NCBI GenBank assembly: GCA_951406725.2
Contig: OX597824.1
Coordinates: forward strand, 97,092,001-97,156,000
Direction: 5' to 3'
Source: Octopus vulgaris
Taxonomy: Eukaryota
Length of the DNA: 64,000 nucleotides
The notes below the pieces were generated by a model. The model did not search any database and was not told the origin of the DNA. It saw only the letters and a list, made by a program, of their open reading frames with translations. Positions 25,838-39,033 of this stretch are shown here, one piece after another; within the stretch, counting starts at the first letter, position 1; the number at the start of each line of letters is the position of its first letter. The translations under genes were made by a program, and so were the position numbers.

Positions 25838-27342
25838 TGTGTGCCTTGTCGTTAGAACCGGAAATGGGGCAGTGTGACAGTTTGAACTGGTGCGCCAAAG
25901 TTCCTGCTCACAAACTAGTGACGAACAAAAGATAAGACACTTCGCTAAGATCACGGAAGTGAAATTTGCTCTTGACTCGTTGTTACGTTTCTGAGCAATG
26001 CCTACTTTTGGGATGTGAAGAGGAAGATGCTGGAAGGTAAAAAGACCAGGATGTTCTGCGAGTGGAAGTAAGAAGCATCTGAAGGTTTTACTTTCAGGTA
26101 AAGATAGACGCATCGTACACTTCTAATAATCCCCGGTTGCAGTTCCGAGGATCACCGACAAAACATATGTCGTCCTTGGCTCAGCGAACCGTCGAGGAGA
26201 GAACCAACAAACAGAAGACTGAGAACCAAAACGCCGAGGCCCTCATGCCTCTCTCATACATCTACTTTGTCTTGCGACGAGGAGAAGTAAATGGAGGACG
26301 GTCAGGGAATCGAAAAACTCATTGGACCCTAAAAAGTTGAATAATTCAGAGAGAAACCAACCAAAAGAAGATTCCAGACAGATTTGTCAGAGACCAACGT
26401 CTGCCACGGAAGAATATATTTATTATAGAGACGGATCGGATGGTAAAGGATGGGACATTGTTGAGTAAAGTTAGCTCGAATAGGGCGCCAATAACAACAA
26501 CAGCAATAATAGTATCAAACCGGTCAACGACAACACCACGATGGTGACCACCACCAGTGTTGAACGAAACGACGACCAGTAACAGCAACACCATCACCAG
26601 CACGTTCATCACCACAAGGATAAACACCAACTTCACCACCACAACCACCACCAGCACCACCACCACAAACCAGCACCACCAGCACCAGCACCACCACCAC
26701 CACCGCCACCACCACCACCACCACCACCACCACCACCACAACCACAACCAGCATCACCAGCACCACCAAAATCACCACCACCACCACCACCACCACCACC
26801 ACCAGCATTAGCACCCCACCACCACCGCCACCATCACCGACAACATATACGGTGTATGAGAACAACTTCATCTTGCGCGAAAATCCGTTGGAGGTGGAGG
26901 CGGAGGTGGAAAATACACTGAACTGACGCAAATAATGAACAACAGTTTATAAAGTGGCATAAGTTGGTGTGGCGATGACGATGATGATGATGATGATGAG
27001 GAGGAGGAGGAGGAGGAGAAGGAGGAGGTAGAGGTGGAGGCGGAAGAGGAGGAAGACGAGTAGATGTGTCACGCGGAGGAGGAAACAGAGGCGGAAGGGG
27101 AACAGTCGTGTCAGACAGGGTCCCTCATTTTGCGAACCTCTCTCCCTCACTATTTTTTTGTTCTTTCCGATGCAGGCCATCACGAGTTTTCTCTAATCCT
27201 TCTGTTTTACTAAATTACACGACACACAGACATTTAGAAATTAGTGCAATTATCTGAGGCTCTTTACGCATGGGCAGACACATATGAACACACATTAATT
27301 GCAAAGGCTTGCGCACACATATATAGATACAAATATATACGT

Positions 27343-27379
<37 letters not shown>

Positions 27380-27911
27380 TGATATTATGTTCCTATACGT
27401 ATACAGGGATACACGTAATTACTTTGTTGTATGTTGTGGGAGGAACCGAGCCAACTCCATAAGATGGCTTTGAACAATTCACGAACAACACACACAATTA
27501 CATATAGATATTATATTTACTCTATTATATATATATGTATATATATAGATTTACATATGTATATACATTATAATATATATGAACATATAGATGCATATCT
27601 ACATATGTGTGTGTGTATGCATATATACATAGATACACACATATACATACATATACATACACACATATATATACGTATACATACATATATATATATAAAC
27701 ATATATATGAATATATATATATATATTCATACACACACATAAATATACACATATATGTGTGTGTGTGTGTGCTTGTATGAGTATGTACATATCTATGTTA
27801 ATATATCTATATCAATCTATTCATGTCTATAAATCTACCTCTCTTTCTCTCTCGACGTGTCTATGTATCTAAACCTACATACATCCTAACACACACTACG
27901 CGCGCGCGCGC

Positions 27912-27967
<56 letters not shown>

Positions 27968-28095
27968 GTATGTATATATGTATATATTTCAAATCGAAAC
28001 CCTTTCTCGCGATTCGAATTTCAGGATGCAATGACTCTCATGGGAAAACCGTATAACACCCACTTCCCCGCTCTCTCTCTCTCTCTCTCTCTCTC

Positions 28096-28183
<88 letters not shown>

Positions 28184-28949
28184 CAAGGCATCATGGAGAA
28201 GAATGAAGCATTATGCATCTTCCCAGTTTATTTATTGCAGTTTTATTCCCATTCATTTCCAATCGGACTCGTCTTTCTGCTGCACAAGTGTCCCAGTCTT
28301 CTTTGATGCAGCATTTATTTGAATTTTGTTGGTTCTTTTGTAATACATATTCATCGAAGGCAGTCATTCCTACACACTTTTGTTCATGGAGGGGAAGCGA
28401 ACTGAAGATTCAAATACCGGAAGGTCTTTGTTAAAGAATATTCTAGGTGAGGGATCCTAAAACACCAGAGTTTGTGTTGAAATACTCGATATAGTTCTGG
28501 TTTTACTTAAACTCAGAATGACCTTTTTCAGATATTAAGCGAACAAATTATTTTATATATTTAGTAGTAAAAAACAAAATTCCCTTCAATTAGGTCGGAA
28601 AGCATTCACATCACTGATTATTCAGAATGAGGATATGATACGATATAAGATAAATGGATAGCTTGAAAAAGAATCGAAAGAAAGAGGAAATAATTATCGT
28701 TTCAATTTGGGTAATGAAACCAGTCTATAGAAATAAGTGTTATACTTTCTTGAATAATAGAAGTCTAGTATTGATTGAGATGAATGAAATAAGTTGAAAT
28801 TCGGATCATATTTTGTCTCAAATGACGACATAAGCTATAATTGTGTGAGTTTGTTAAAACCTAACTAAAGTAAATTTGCGATTATTTGACTAGGTTAACT
28901 TATGTACACTTCTATCCACGTGGTTTCTAATCAAAAATCTTTGTTTGGA

Positions 28950-29945
28950 AAATTCTGAAATACTTTTCTAAATGATAAGGCGCGTTATACAGTCAATTCG
29001 TTTACGCGATTTAATATCGCGCAATTGGAGGTAAAAAATACGGAATATTTCTTGCAAGCGTAGACTACATTTCGAATTATCAAACGCATACGGTGAAGTG
29101 CTACCAATAATTGCTCACTTAATATCATATTTAGTGTCCCTATCCTTTAAAGTCCAGATGAGCATGCTAAAACATGTACAGTTTGTTTTTTCTCTATTTT
29201 CGAACGAAGAAAGGCGGTTACGTAATCTTTGCTTAAAATCAGTAGAATTTGACCCTAAGTAATAATCAGATATACCACCAGCTATTAGTGTATTTATAAA
29301 CTTGGTTTATTTCTGAGGCAATGCCCTTCAGGTGGTCAAACTAATTTACTCTTGAAGTTGCAATAATGCTTATTAATATTAACCCTACGCTTCCTAGTGA
29401 CAGAAGTGTTATTTACTCCGTCTATAGTGTTACGTATCACTCTATGGATATTATCATATAGGTTAGACTATCAACTGTCGCTATAGATTAAACTAGATGT
29501 GTTGCTGGTATCCTTATTAGGTTCAAATAATTCAAATAAATGTAGTTTGGGCTCCTTACACCTCTCTTACACCATCTTCAGTAGGTTCTCTATTGCTCCC
29601 ACTACAACTTCTAGCCAAACAGAGGTTCATTATCCCGCTTAAATAATTCATATTATGATCCACCTTATTCGTATAGTTATTATTATCACTCGTATTCTTA
29701 CTATTTATATTAATTTTATTATTTGCATTTACTAGGTTCCTACCAGAGAATTTGAGGATTCTCTTCAAATTCTGTGCTGCTATAACTTGGGCTCGGTTCC
29801 TAGTTGTCGAAAGAGCAATTTGCTAGATGACGAAAATTGTTTATCTAATGTACCAAAAGATTTTTTTTAGGTATATTTGTAACTGAGTCCTGAAGACTGT
29901 GTTATACTATACTAGATCTAGCTCTTCTTTTAGGAGATGGTCACT
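28950..29945 (-). pseudogene. Decayed Penelope-like element, Naiad-type linker + GIY-YIG endonuclease
   Basis: Manual minus-strand translation across stops and frameshifts gives KRRARSSIV*..VTNI..LDKQFSSSSKL..SYSS, an Asn-rich linker, then CNFKSKLV*PPEGHCL..VYKY..YYLGSNSTDFKQRLRNRLSSF..IWTLKD..IK*AII..PY..KCSLRLQE..LNRVNEL. This fits the CxC-x5-C-x5-C / VY-YIG / CxxC / LN pattern. Confidence 0.75.
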
Positions 29946-30149
29946 GTTTTTTGTAAGCCGCCTCATTCTGATGTCTAATGTATGTTTTTTTTCAATGAAT
30001 CTATTACTACGTTTATTATGGAGGTTTACTTAAAATTATATCGTTATCCATTATGCCACCATTCTTATTATTGTGATGTTCTGAATGATGACTGGAAATC
30101 TTATTGTCCGTGTCTAGGTTTTTTGCTCACTTTCTTATGGCTTATATCT

Positions 30150-30752
30150 ATTTGATTCGTAATATATGCCATGTTCATTTGTCCTGTGATTTCATTTTTA
30201 GGGGTATAGAATATAAACGCTGGAGGTTGTGCCAACACTATGAAATGACAACAGAAATAAGATGGTGTAGACATACTTCTGAAAAGGTCTCAGAAAATGA
30301 CAAAGCGACCACATTCTCGGATAGACCCTTACACACAAATAAAATCAAGACTAACCAGACAGGTATTGCTGGTAAGAACTATAAAGGAAAAAATAATGCA
30401 TTCTAATCAGCCCCAAAAGATGGCCAAACATAACTAAAAGACATTAAGAATCCCCTGAAATACAAACATCTGGTAATGGGCGTCACAAAAATGTGAAACC
30501 TGAAGGCAGAAATAATCCCTATAATAATTGGTGGTTTAGATAGAGACAAAAAGCAAAAACACAAGTACATAAGCAAGCCTTAGGATTTACAAATACAGAA
30601 AATAGCAATGCTTAGATCCGCACACAAACTCCATAGAGCGGTTTCAATGCAGCAAAAATAATGACACCAAAAGAAACCACAAAACATACCCAAGGCTTCA
30701 TAGAACTTCGCTCGATCGTGCAGTGAAAGCACGTAATAAGAATAAGACTCCC

Positions 30753-30755
<3 letters not shown>
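30150..30755 (+). mobile_element. Decayed R4/Dong-like 3' end followed by (TAA)n
   Basis: Remnant peptides DRPLHTNKIKTNQTGI.., EIIPIIIGGL and IQKIAMLRSAHKL, followed by a (TAA)n tail. Confidence 0.65.
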
Positions 30756-30851
<96 letters not shown>

Positions 30852-30855
30852 TAAA

Positions 30856-30918
<63 letters not shown>

Positions 30919-31336
30919 TCGCTTGTTTCTCCCCATCCCTATCCTTACCCTCCACCTCCTCCTCCTCCTCCTTCTTATTATCATGAACGATCAAGGCAAA
31001 ACTTGACGCAACAGATGACAATGTTTTCAAGGATTCATATCCTGTTGGCTGCCAAATTTCCGTTCCAGCTTCACTATATTCTTCTTCTGTAGTATATTTT
31101 AAAATTCATTAGCAGAGCATCCAGTGAACATACTTGTACACATGGCTATAAATATATATATATATATATTTATATAATATATATATATATTATATGCACG
31201 TATATATCATAGTCTACATATGTATACATAAAATGTACACGTGTATGAATCCATCCATCCATCCATCCATCTATCCATACATGCATATATACATATATAT
31301 AATTACATATATAAATGTACACACACACACACACAC

Positions 31337-31372
<36 letters not shown>

Positions 31373-31525
31373 CATAAATATTTATGTATATATATACATA
31401 TATATGTATATATATATGTATATATATATATATATATATTACATATACATATATGTATATATATATATACATATATATAATTGCATATATATATGTATAC
31501 ATATATATGTGTATATATATATAAT

Positions 31526-31560
<35 letters not shown>

Positions 31561-31730
31561 TATACATGCAAATATATACATATATGCTGCATACACACAA
31601 ATACAAACGAGTATTATATACACACAACATAAGTGTTTACATATTAGTCACACACATACTTAAACACAAACTTACATCCACACACACAGACTGTATATTT
31701 TCAAATTTATATACACACACCTACACACAC

Positions 31731-31784
<54 letters not shown>

Positions 31785-31860
31785 ACACATATATATATTT
31801 GTATGATTCTATGTATATGTGTATGTATGCACATGAGCGCGAGCAATTACACGCACACTG

Positions 31861-31899
<39 letters not shown>

Positions 31900-32169
31900 A
31901 TGTGCCTCACACTTGTACGTACACGGCACAAATTTTAGTGCGACAATCGGATGTGTTGGAACGGCGTTGTTAAAGAACCAATTTCCGTCCGTCAGAAATA
32001 AAGACGGGACTGTGATATTTTACGCAACTTTACTTGTCTGTTGTTGTTGTTGTTATCAGCGTTGTTGTTGTTGATGTTCTGGTTGTAAGTCTATCTCTTG
32101 CATTTACCATTAGTACTGCTGGTGTTATTTCTCTCGTTGCCGTTGCTGATGTGTCGAGTTATCGTCGTG

Positions 32170-32179
32170 TAAGTTATTA

Positions 32180-32216
<37 letters not shown>

Positions 32217-32257
32217 CATTATTATTATCATTATTATCATCATCATCATCATCATCA

Positions 32258-32318
<61 letters not shown>

Positions 32319-32380
32319 CATTATTATTATCATTATTATTATTATTATTATCATTATTATTATTATTATTATTATCATCA

Positions 32381-32414
<34 letters not shown>

Positions 32415-32451
32415 CATCATCATTATTATTATTATTATTATTATCCTTATT

Positions 32452-32526
<75 letters not shown>

Positions 32527-32570
32527 GTTGTTGTTGTTGTTGTTGTTGTTATTATTATTATTATTATTGA

Positions 32571-32616
<46 letters not shown>

Positions 32617-32638
32617 GATATTATTATCATTATTATTG

Positions 32639-32679
<41 letters not shown>

Positions 32680-32745
32680 ATTATTATCATTATTGATATT
32701 ATTATTATTATTATTATTATTGTTGTTGTTGTTGTTGTTTGATTA
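32170..32745. repeat. (TTA)n/(TCA)n/(TTG)n compound microsatellite
   Basis: Direct reading. Confidence 0.95.
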
Positions 32746-33157
32746 TAACACTGAGGGAAATGGTGCGATTTTGTGTGTTGCAGATGCTACTAATAAACAA
32801 AATAACTATGGCAGCCAACAGACGGGAATTAAATGGAAAATAAACGTGAATATGGTTAGAGAAAAAACTAAGACACAAATATGAAAAAAAACGAAAAAAA
32901 GAATTATTGTTTGTTAATTATTTGGCCAATTGCCATGAAGTTGTTTTTGTTGCTGTTGTTGTTTTGCCTGTTCTTGTTTAGCCCAAGGTTAGTTAGCCTT
33001 ATTTGAACAAACAATGATCAAATGCGTTCCAGCTATGAACAATTCTGGAAATATTTTTTTTTACATCCAGGATTGCTTTGTCTGAAATCCTTCCATTTTT
33101 AATACAGAAGTGTGTGAATTGAGAGTTATTTGGTTGATATTTCTAGCATATGCAGTC

Positions 33158-33205
<48 letters not shown>

Positions 33206-33224
33206 TCATATATACATACATACA

Positions 33225-33262
<38 letters not shown>

Positions 33263-33266
33263 CTTC

Positions 33267-33304
<38 letters not shown>

Positions 33305-33383
33305 CTTCTATAAATATATATATATATATATATATGAAAAAACAAGTCAAAAATAGAAAATGCTAAAATAATTTTATAGTGAA

Positions 33384-33431
33384 CATTTCAGTACCGGTTT
33401 CGGTCATTTTGAGACCTTTTCAACTGTAACG
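33384..33431 (-). ncRNA. Hammerhead motif, U3:A8 variant (inverted arm copy)
   Basis: Exact reverse complement of 35459-35506. Confidence 0.75.
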
Positions 33432-33984
33432 ATTAAATAATTAAATTTAGAAAAATTAGAAGAAAAGTTTTTTTAAAGGAATATTTCTATAGTAGTGTTC
33501 AGATATAAGTGGCATTCTGCCTTTCTCTGACTCCCTTGTTTGCACTTGTGTGTTCGAGGTCGTTGTGAGTTCTTGGTAGGGTAGTAGAGGAAGAGGGCTG
33601 GTGAGGAAAGGGGGGTGGGAGAATCTGGGAGTGCCCTGATGGTCGTATTTTGAATGGTCAGTGGCGGCTGGCAGTCTCAGTTCAATTCAGGAGAATATTT
33701 ATATTGACAGGCTTGTTTATAGAATTAGCGTAGGTGTTATACTAAAAAACATTAGTGACAAAGTTAAGGGGTAGGGGGTGGAGAAGTAGAAGAAGAAGAA
33801 GAAGAAGAAGAAGAAGAGAAGGAGAAGGAGAAGGAGAAGATGACGATGATGGTGATGGTGGTGATGATTATGACGACGATGATGATGATAATGATGATGA
33901 TGAAGAAGAAGAAGAAGAAGAAGGAGGAGAAGGAGAAGATGGTGGTGATGATGGTGGTGATGATGATGACGAGGAACTATCACC

Positions 33985-34710
33985 AGGAACTATCCACCTT
34001 CACTTATTGACAAGTGCATTCAACGTGCCCTTCAACTTAACATCAAGGAACTGAGACATCCCAAATCCAAGAAAAACTTACAACCAAAAGCCTTACCATA
34101 CATCTCCACACACAACCCTCTCAATAACGAAGCCTTCGACACCATCCTCCACAACATACCCCTCCTAAAAAAAGACCACAGAATGAACACAATCCTCCAA
34201 ACACACACGATCATAAAAAGCAAAAGACAGCCTAGATCCATGAAAAGTCTCCTTACACAAGCCCGAATTCACTCTTCAACACAGAAGCCGACAGTAAAAA
34301 AATGTGGAAGACCCAATTGCGGGATATGCGACTATCTTATTGAGGGATCAGAGTTCTCCTTCAAACAGGGACAACGGTTTACAGTGAAAAGCAACTTCAC
34401 ATGTGCTTCGGAGAACCTAATATACTCACTAACCTGCTCCGGGTGTCAAGAGCAGTACATAGGCCAAACAAAAAATGGTTTGCGTAAACGAATGGCCCTG
34501 CACAGATCCCAGATAAAAATTCCCCAAAACAGAAAAATAGCTTTTAGCCAACACATAGATACTTGCGCCAACAAAAAAACACCAAACTTCAGAATTTTCC
34601 CCCTCTACCAATTTAGGGACGATACAACCTCGAGACAACGAATAAGTAAAGAAAATCTCTTTATTACAAAATACAAGCCACTTCTTAACGGGTCTACGAC
34701 AAACAATTAA
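33985..34710 (+). CDS. C-terminal fragment of PLE polyprotein: thumb/linker, Cys-rich finger and GIY-YIG endonuclease (RT lost)
   Basis: The frame is open upstream of the annotated ATG (RNYPPSLID...LPYISTHNP). It continues CGRPNCGIC, FTCASENLIYSLTCSGCQEQYIGQT, RMALH, SQH, KENLFI..Y.PLLN, with no internal stops. Confidence 0.9.
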   Translation, partial: RNYPPSLIDKCIQRALQLNIKELRHPKSKKNLQPKALPYISTHNPLNNEAFDTILHNIPLLKKDHRMNTILQTHTIIKSKRQPRSMKSLLTQARIHSSTQKPTVKKCGRPNCGICDYLIEGSEFSFKQGQRFTVKSNFTCASENLIYSLTCSGCQEQYIGQTKNGLRKRMALHRSQIKIPQNRKIAFSQHIDTCANKKTPNFRIFPLYQFRDDTTSRQRISKENLFITKYKPLLNGSTTNN

Positions 34711-35458
34711 TATACCTCAACTTTAGAATAAAAGAAAAATATATATACACACACAAATATTACACTCCATAGAATCCATTACTAATCAGCCCCTTCATAG
34801 CTATATTTACACCCATTCATATTCTCCCTTCTCTGTTTTTTTCTTCTTCTTCTTCTTCTTCTTCTTCTTCTTCTTCATCATCATCATTATCATCATCATC
34901 GTCGTCATCATCATCACCACCATCATCACCACCATCTTCTCCTTCTCCTCCTTCTTCTTCTTCTTCTTCTTCTTCTTCTTCTTCTTCTTCTTCATCATCA
35001 TCATTATCATCATCATCGTCGTCATAATCATCACCACCATCACCATCATCGTCATCTTCTCCTTCTCCTTCTCCTTCTCCTTCTTCTTCTTCTTCTTCTT
35101 CTACTTCTCCACCCCCTACCCCTTAACTTTGTCACTAATGCTTTTTAGTATAACACCTACGCTAATTCTATAAACAAGCCTGTCAATATAAATATTCTCC
35201 TGAATTGAACTGAGACTGCCAGCCGCCACTGACCATTCAAAATACGACCATCAGGGCACTCCCAGATTCTCCCACCCCCCTTTCCTCACCAGCCCTCTTC
35301 CTCTACTACCCTACCAAGAACTCACAACGACCTCGAACACACAAGTGCAAACAAGGGAGTCAGAGAAAGGCAGAATGCCACTTATATCTGAACACTACTA
35401 TAGAAATATTCCTTTAAAAAAACTTTTCTTCTAATTTTTCTAAATTTAATTATTTAAT

Positions 35459-35506
35459 CGTTACAGTTGAAAAGGTCTCAAAATGACCGAAACCGGTACT
35501 GAAATG
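35459..35506 (+). ncRNA. Minimal type-I hammerhead ribozyme, U3:A8 variant, in PLE pLTR
   Basis: CGTTACAG-TTGAAAA-GGTC(TCAAAAT)GACC-GAAA-CCGG-TA-CTGAAATG. Stem III is the palindrome ACCGGT and the triplet is GUA. Confidence 0.8.
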
Positions 35507-35654
35507 TTCACTATAAAATTATTTTAGCATTTTCTATTTTTGACTTGTTTTTTCATATATATCAACTCGTGTGTTCCTTTTCACCCTTATACATATATAT
35601 ATATATATATATACTTATATATATATATATATGTAGATGTATAAGTGTGTATAT

Positions 35655-35868
35655 GTGTGTGTGTGTGTGACTTTGTGCTTCCCACACTATCGTTTGACAA
35701 CCGGTGTTGGTGTGTTTACGTCCCAATAACCTAGCAGTTCGACAAAAGAGATCAATAGAATAAGCACAAGTCCTAAAAAAATAATATGTCGATTCCTTCG
35801 ACATTTTTTTTCAAAGCGGTGCCCCAGCATGACCGCATTTTAATAAATGATTCAAGTAAAAAAAAAGA
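35655..35868 (+). mobile_element. 3' half of CORE-like SINE
   Basis: TTGACAACCGGTGTTGGTGTGTTTACGTCCC...GCGGTGCCCCAGCATGACCGCA. Confidence 0.8.
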
Positions 35869-36362
35869 TTCTTGAATGTTTTATCCAATTTAAAAAATAA
35901 ATAAATAAATAAATAAAAAGTCATATTTTGATGTCCAAATATTTCTCAGTGATAAAGAATAGAAACTCGGTTGAATCCTTGAAGCCATGCCAATTCGAGA
36001 GTATAAAAATGGCTGCAGCGTTCGTCTTGCTGCTACTAAAATTTGCATGAGTTTTGTTCGGAAAGACACGGCCAAAGACACTGCAGTGACATGGATACTA
36101 AATGTGTCTAAACGCTTTTAAGCAATAATTTTTGCGAATCATGTGGAGGTTGAGGAATAAAATATTTAGTATACACTGTGTGCATTGTTTACATAATATA
36201 TGTGCATACACCAATATATTTTATGCAGCAACTGCACACTATGGACAATTATGGAGATTATTGGCTCGCTTCATGTTTATATTCTGTCATAACAAAGAAA
36301 ATGGTAAAAATACGATTTGTTGGTTCGCCATATTTTATAAACTAACTGTTAGTTATATGTTT

Positions 36363-36580
36363 GGCAAGCTGGTTGGATCGTTAGCACGCCGGACAAAATG
36401 GTTAGCAGCATTTTGTCCGGCTTTACGTTCTCAGTTCAAATGCTGCCGAGGTCGACTTTGCCTTTCATCTCTCTTTCAGAGTCAATAAAACAAGTACCAG
36501 TTGCGCTCTGGGGTCGTTGTAATCAACCTTACTCCCTCCCACAAAACTGCTGGCCTTGTGCGACCATTCGAAACCATTAT
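36363..36580 (+). mobile_element. Meta-like SINE
   Basis: Matches the 3178 family. Confidence 0.8.
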
Positions 36581-36887
36581 TATTTCTGGTGATGATAATT
36601 ATAATTATAGTCTAGACGGAAAATCAAGAGAACTGCTCCCAAGTATTCCACTCGACGAGCGATATCGACTGGCAGAAAGGTGGGTCGAGGGCTGATATCA
36701 GCAGCGGAAGTTGGATACGCTCAGAAGACAAATAGCTTTGGATAATTTATGAGGAGGGACGTAGAACCTTTGTTGGTTCATGTAAGAACATCTAGTATAG
36801 CGAGGAGAACTACTTGCATGAGGACAGCGGAATACGAAGAAACACACACGCACACGCATATACATACATACATACACATAAATAGAT

Positions 36888-37020
36888 TACGCTCTTCTAC
36901 AGAAAGGGACACAGAAAAAACAAGGAGAGAAACAAGGAGAGAAAAAAAGGAGAGAAAAAAACGAGAGAAACAGGGAGAGAAAAAAATGTGTGTAGTGGCT
37001 AACGATCTATCATGGCGACT
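36888..37020 (-). mobile_element. Partial inverted relative of the 4490 family, truncated inside the HHR
   Basis: Minus strand CGCCATGATAGATCGTTAGC...CCTTTCTGTAGAAGAGCGTA. Confidence 0.7.
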
Positions 37021-37034
37021 CATATATATATTTA

Positions 37035-37108
<74 letters not shown>

Positions 37109-37274
37109 AACAGAGTTAGCGGTTACAGTAACCGACTAAGTGATTAAAAATCCATACATACTATCGGTAACCCTTACCCGTGTTATCCCCGGGCAATGGT
37201 GTGCAGGCACAACATACACGTAGAGAGCAGATAACAATAGGATAAACAAGAGTTAATCAGGAACCAATGCAAAT

Positions 37275-37530
37275 AATTAGAAAATGGAGAAAACCAGAGA
37301 TTAACCCACACATCGGTTGGACCACATTTATAGCTTATTTTTTAATACAAAGCATGACATAACAAAATAGGTGACGTAACATTATCTTACGGCCGTTACA
37401 GACCGGATTGCCAAAATGCAGTCTATAAATGAATGCGAGAATAAAGATCTTCATCGTCATAGGACATAAGCTATAAATGAGGTCCAACCGATGTTTTGGT
37501 TAATCTGTGGCTTTCTCCATTTTCTAATTA
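37275..37530. mobile_element. Diverged inverted-repeat element with decayed HHR-like motif
   Basis: 37275-37336 is inverted at 37466-37530. The minus strand has CGATGA-AGATC...GGTCT-GTAA-CGGCCG-TA. Confidence 0.55.
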
Positions 37531-37541
37531 TATATATATAT

Positions 37542-37750
37542 CGCCATGTTGAATCGCTAGCTTCTGCACGCATTTTTTTCTCTCCTTGTTTCTCTCCATG
37601 TTTCTTTTCTGTGTATCTTTCTGTTGAAGAGCGTAGGCTCGAAATGTAAAAGACTTGTTTTATTTATATTCCTGAGCGCCATACTAATACAATCGTTTGT
37701 TTGTACTCCACCTGCCTTCGTCTTTTGTTTATTTTCATAAAGCTTCCCGT
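37542..37750 (+). mobile_element. Second copy of the U6-hammerhead element
   Basis: Near-identical to 4490-4700. The HHR is at 37616-37653 (GAAATGTA instead of GAAACGTA), with (TA)n on both sides. Confidence 0.8.
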
Positions 37751-37757
37751 TATATAT

Positions 37758-37807
<50 letters not shown>

Positions 37808-38548
37808 GCATATGCATATATGCATACGCACATATACGCACATACATCGATGTAGTGTTATGCCTTGATGCAATATACTTTACCAGCGTTAGTCTTTAAC
37901 ATTCCTCTCCAATATATTTGTTGCGTTACTTTGAAATACCGACTGATTTGGATAGTGCTACGTAACAGTTCTCTTAGGTAACTATTCGAAACGTACGCGT
38001 TAAATGCATTCCAAATATCGACATTTTGCCTTATGATACACACACATACATACAGTCACACTCACACACAATGTGGACAGGTAAAAACTCAATCTTGGAA
38101 CACACATTGAATAGTGGGAATAACTCGGTAACTCGATCCCCCGCCCCACTATTGATTCATCAACAGCATAGGAAAACCCGTCTATTGTTAGATGGGGTTT
38201 CCTGTGTTTTACCAAATTCCTTGTATAAATTCCAAGTATGGTACTTTGTATGTTCCCGTGGTTAAGAATGTCATTCTGCAATGACAGAAGGACATAGGTC
38301 TTGCGTTGGTCTCACTGCAGTCTTGGATTGGTTAACCTGTTCTTTATCATTGGAATTTTGTTAGCGGAAACTGTGCAGAAGCCCAAATATATATGTGTGT
38401 GTGTGTGTGTGTGTCGCTGCATATATGTATATGCGTATATGTGTGTGTTGATATATACTTATATCTTTTGCCATATATATTTTTGTGTGTGTGTGAGTAT
38501 GTGTGTGCTTCTGTGCGTGTGTGTATGTAAGAGAGAGAGAGAGAGAGA

Positions 38549-38589
<41 letters not shown>

Positions 38590-38625
38590 GGCAAGATGAA
38601 GTGCATATCACTCAGGGTTGTATAC

Positions 38626-38834
38626 TACTCTTTTACTTGTTTCAGTCATTTGATTGCGGCCATGCTGGAGCACCGCCTTTAATCGAGCAACTCGAGCCCA
38701 GGACTCATTCTTTGTAAGCCCAGTACTTATTCTATCGGTATCTTTTGCCGAACCGCTATGTGACGGGGACATAACCACACCAGCATCGGTTGTCAAGCAA
38801 TGCTAGGGGGACAAACACAAACATACACGCACAC

Positions 38835-38865
<31 letters not shown>

Positions 38866-39033
38866 CATATATACGACGGGCTTCTTACAGTTTCCGTCTA
38901 ACAAATCCATTCATAAGGCTTTGGTCGGCCCGAGGCTATAGTAGAAGACACTTGCCCAAGGTGCCATGCAGTGGGACTGAACCCGGAACCATGTGGTTGG
39001 TAAACAAGCGACTTACCACACAGCCACTCCTGC
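38626..39033 (-). mobile_element. Full-length CORE-like tRNA SINE
   Basis: Reverse complement of 63017-63426 along its whole length. Confidence 0.9.

Larger units (their letters stand above)
33328..35592 (+). mobile_element. 5'-truncated Penelope-like element (Neptune-like) with inverted upstream copy of its 3' end/pLTR
   Basis: 33328-33971 is a near-identical reverse complement of 34902-35562. A GIY-YIG ORF lies between the arms, each arm carries an HHR, and both ends lie in (TA)n. Confidence 0.92.

Noticed and set aside
26520-26940. His/Thr/Pro-rich codon-like island, possible exon
   Set aside because: Dominated by (CAC)n, with stops in all frames and no recognisable domain or clear splice pair.
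28470-28545. Minus-strand CTGAAAA-AGGT...ACC-AGAACT downstream of the Naiad remnant, a possible decayed HHR
   Set aside because: Too many core mismatches to call.
38000-38340. Possible RTE reverse-transcriptase fragment on the minus strand
   Set aside because: Only vague similarity to the DFSKAFD region, not enough to support a call.
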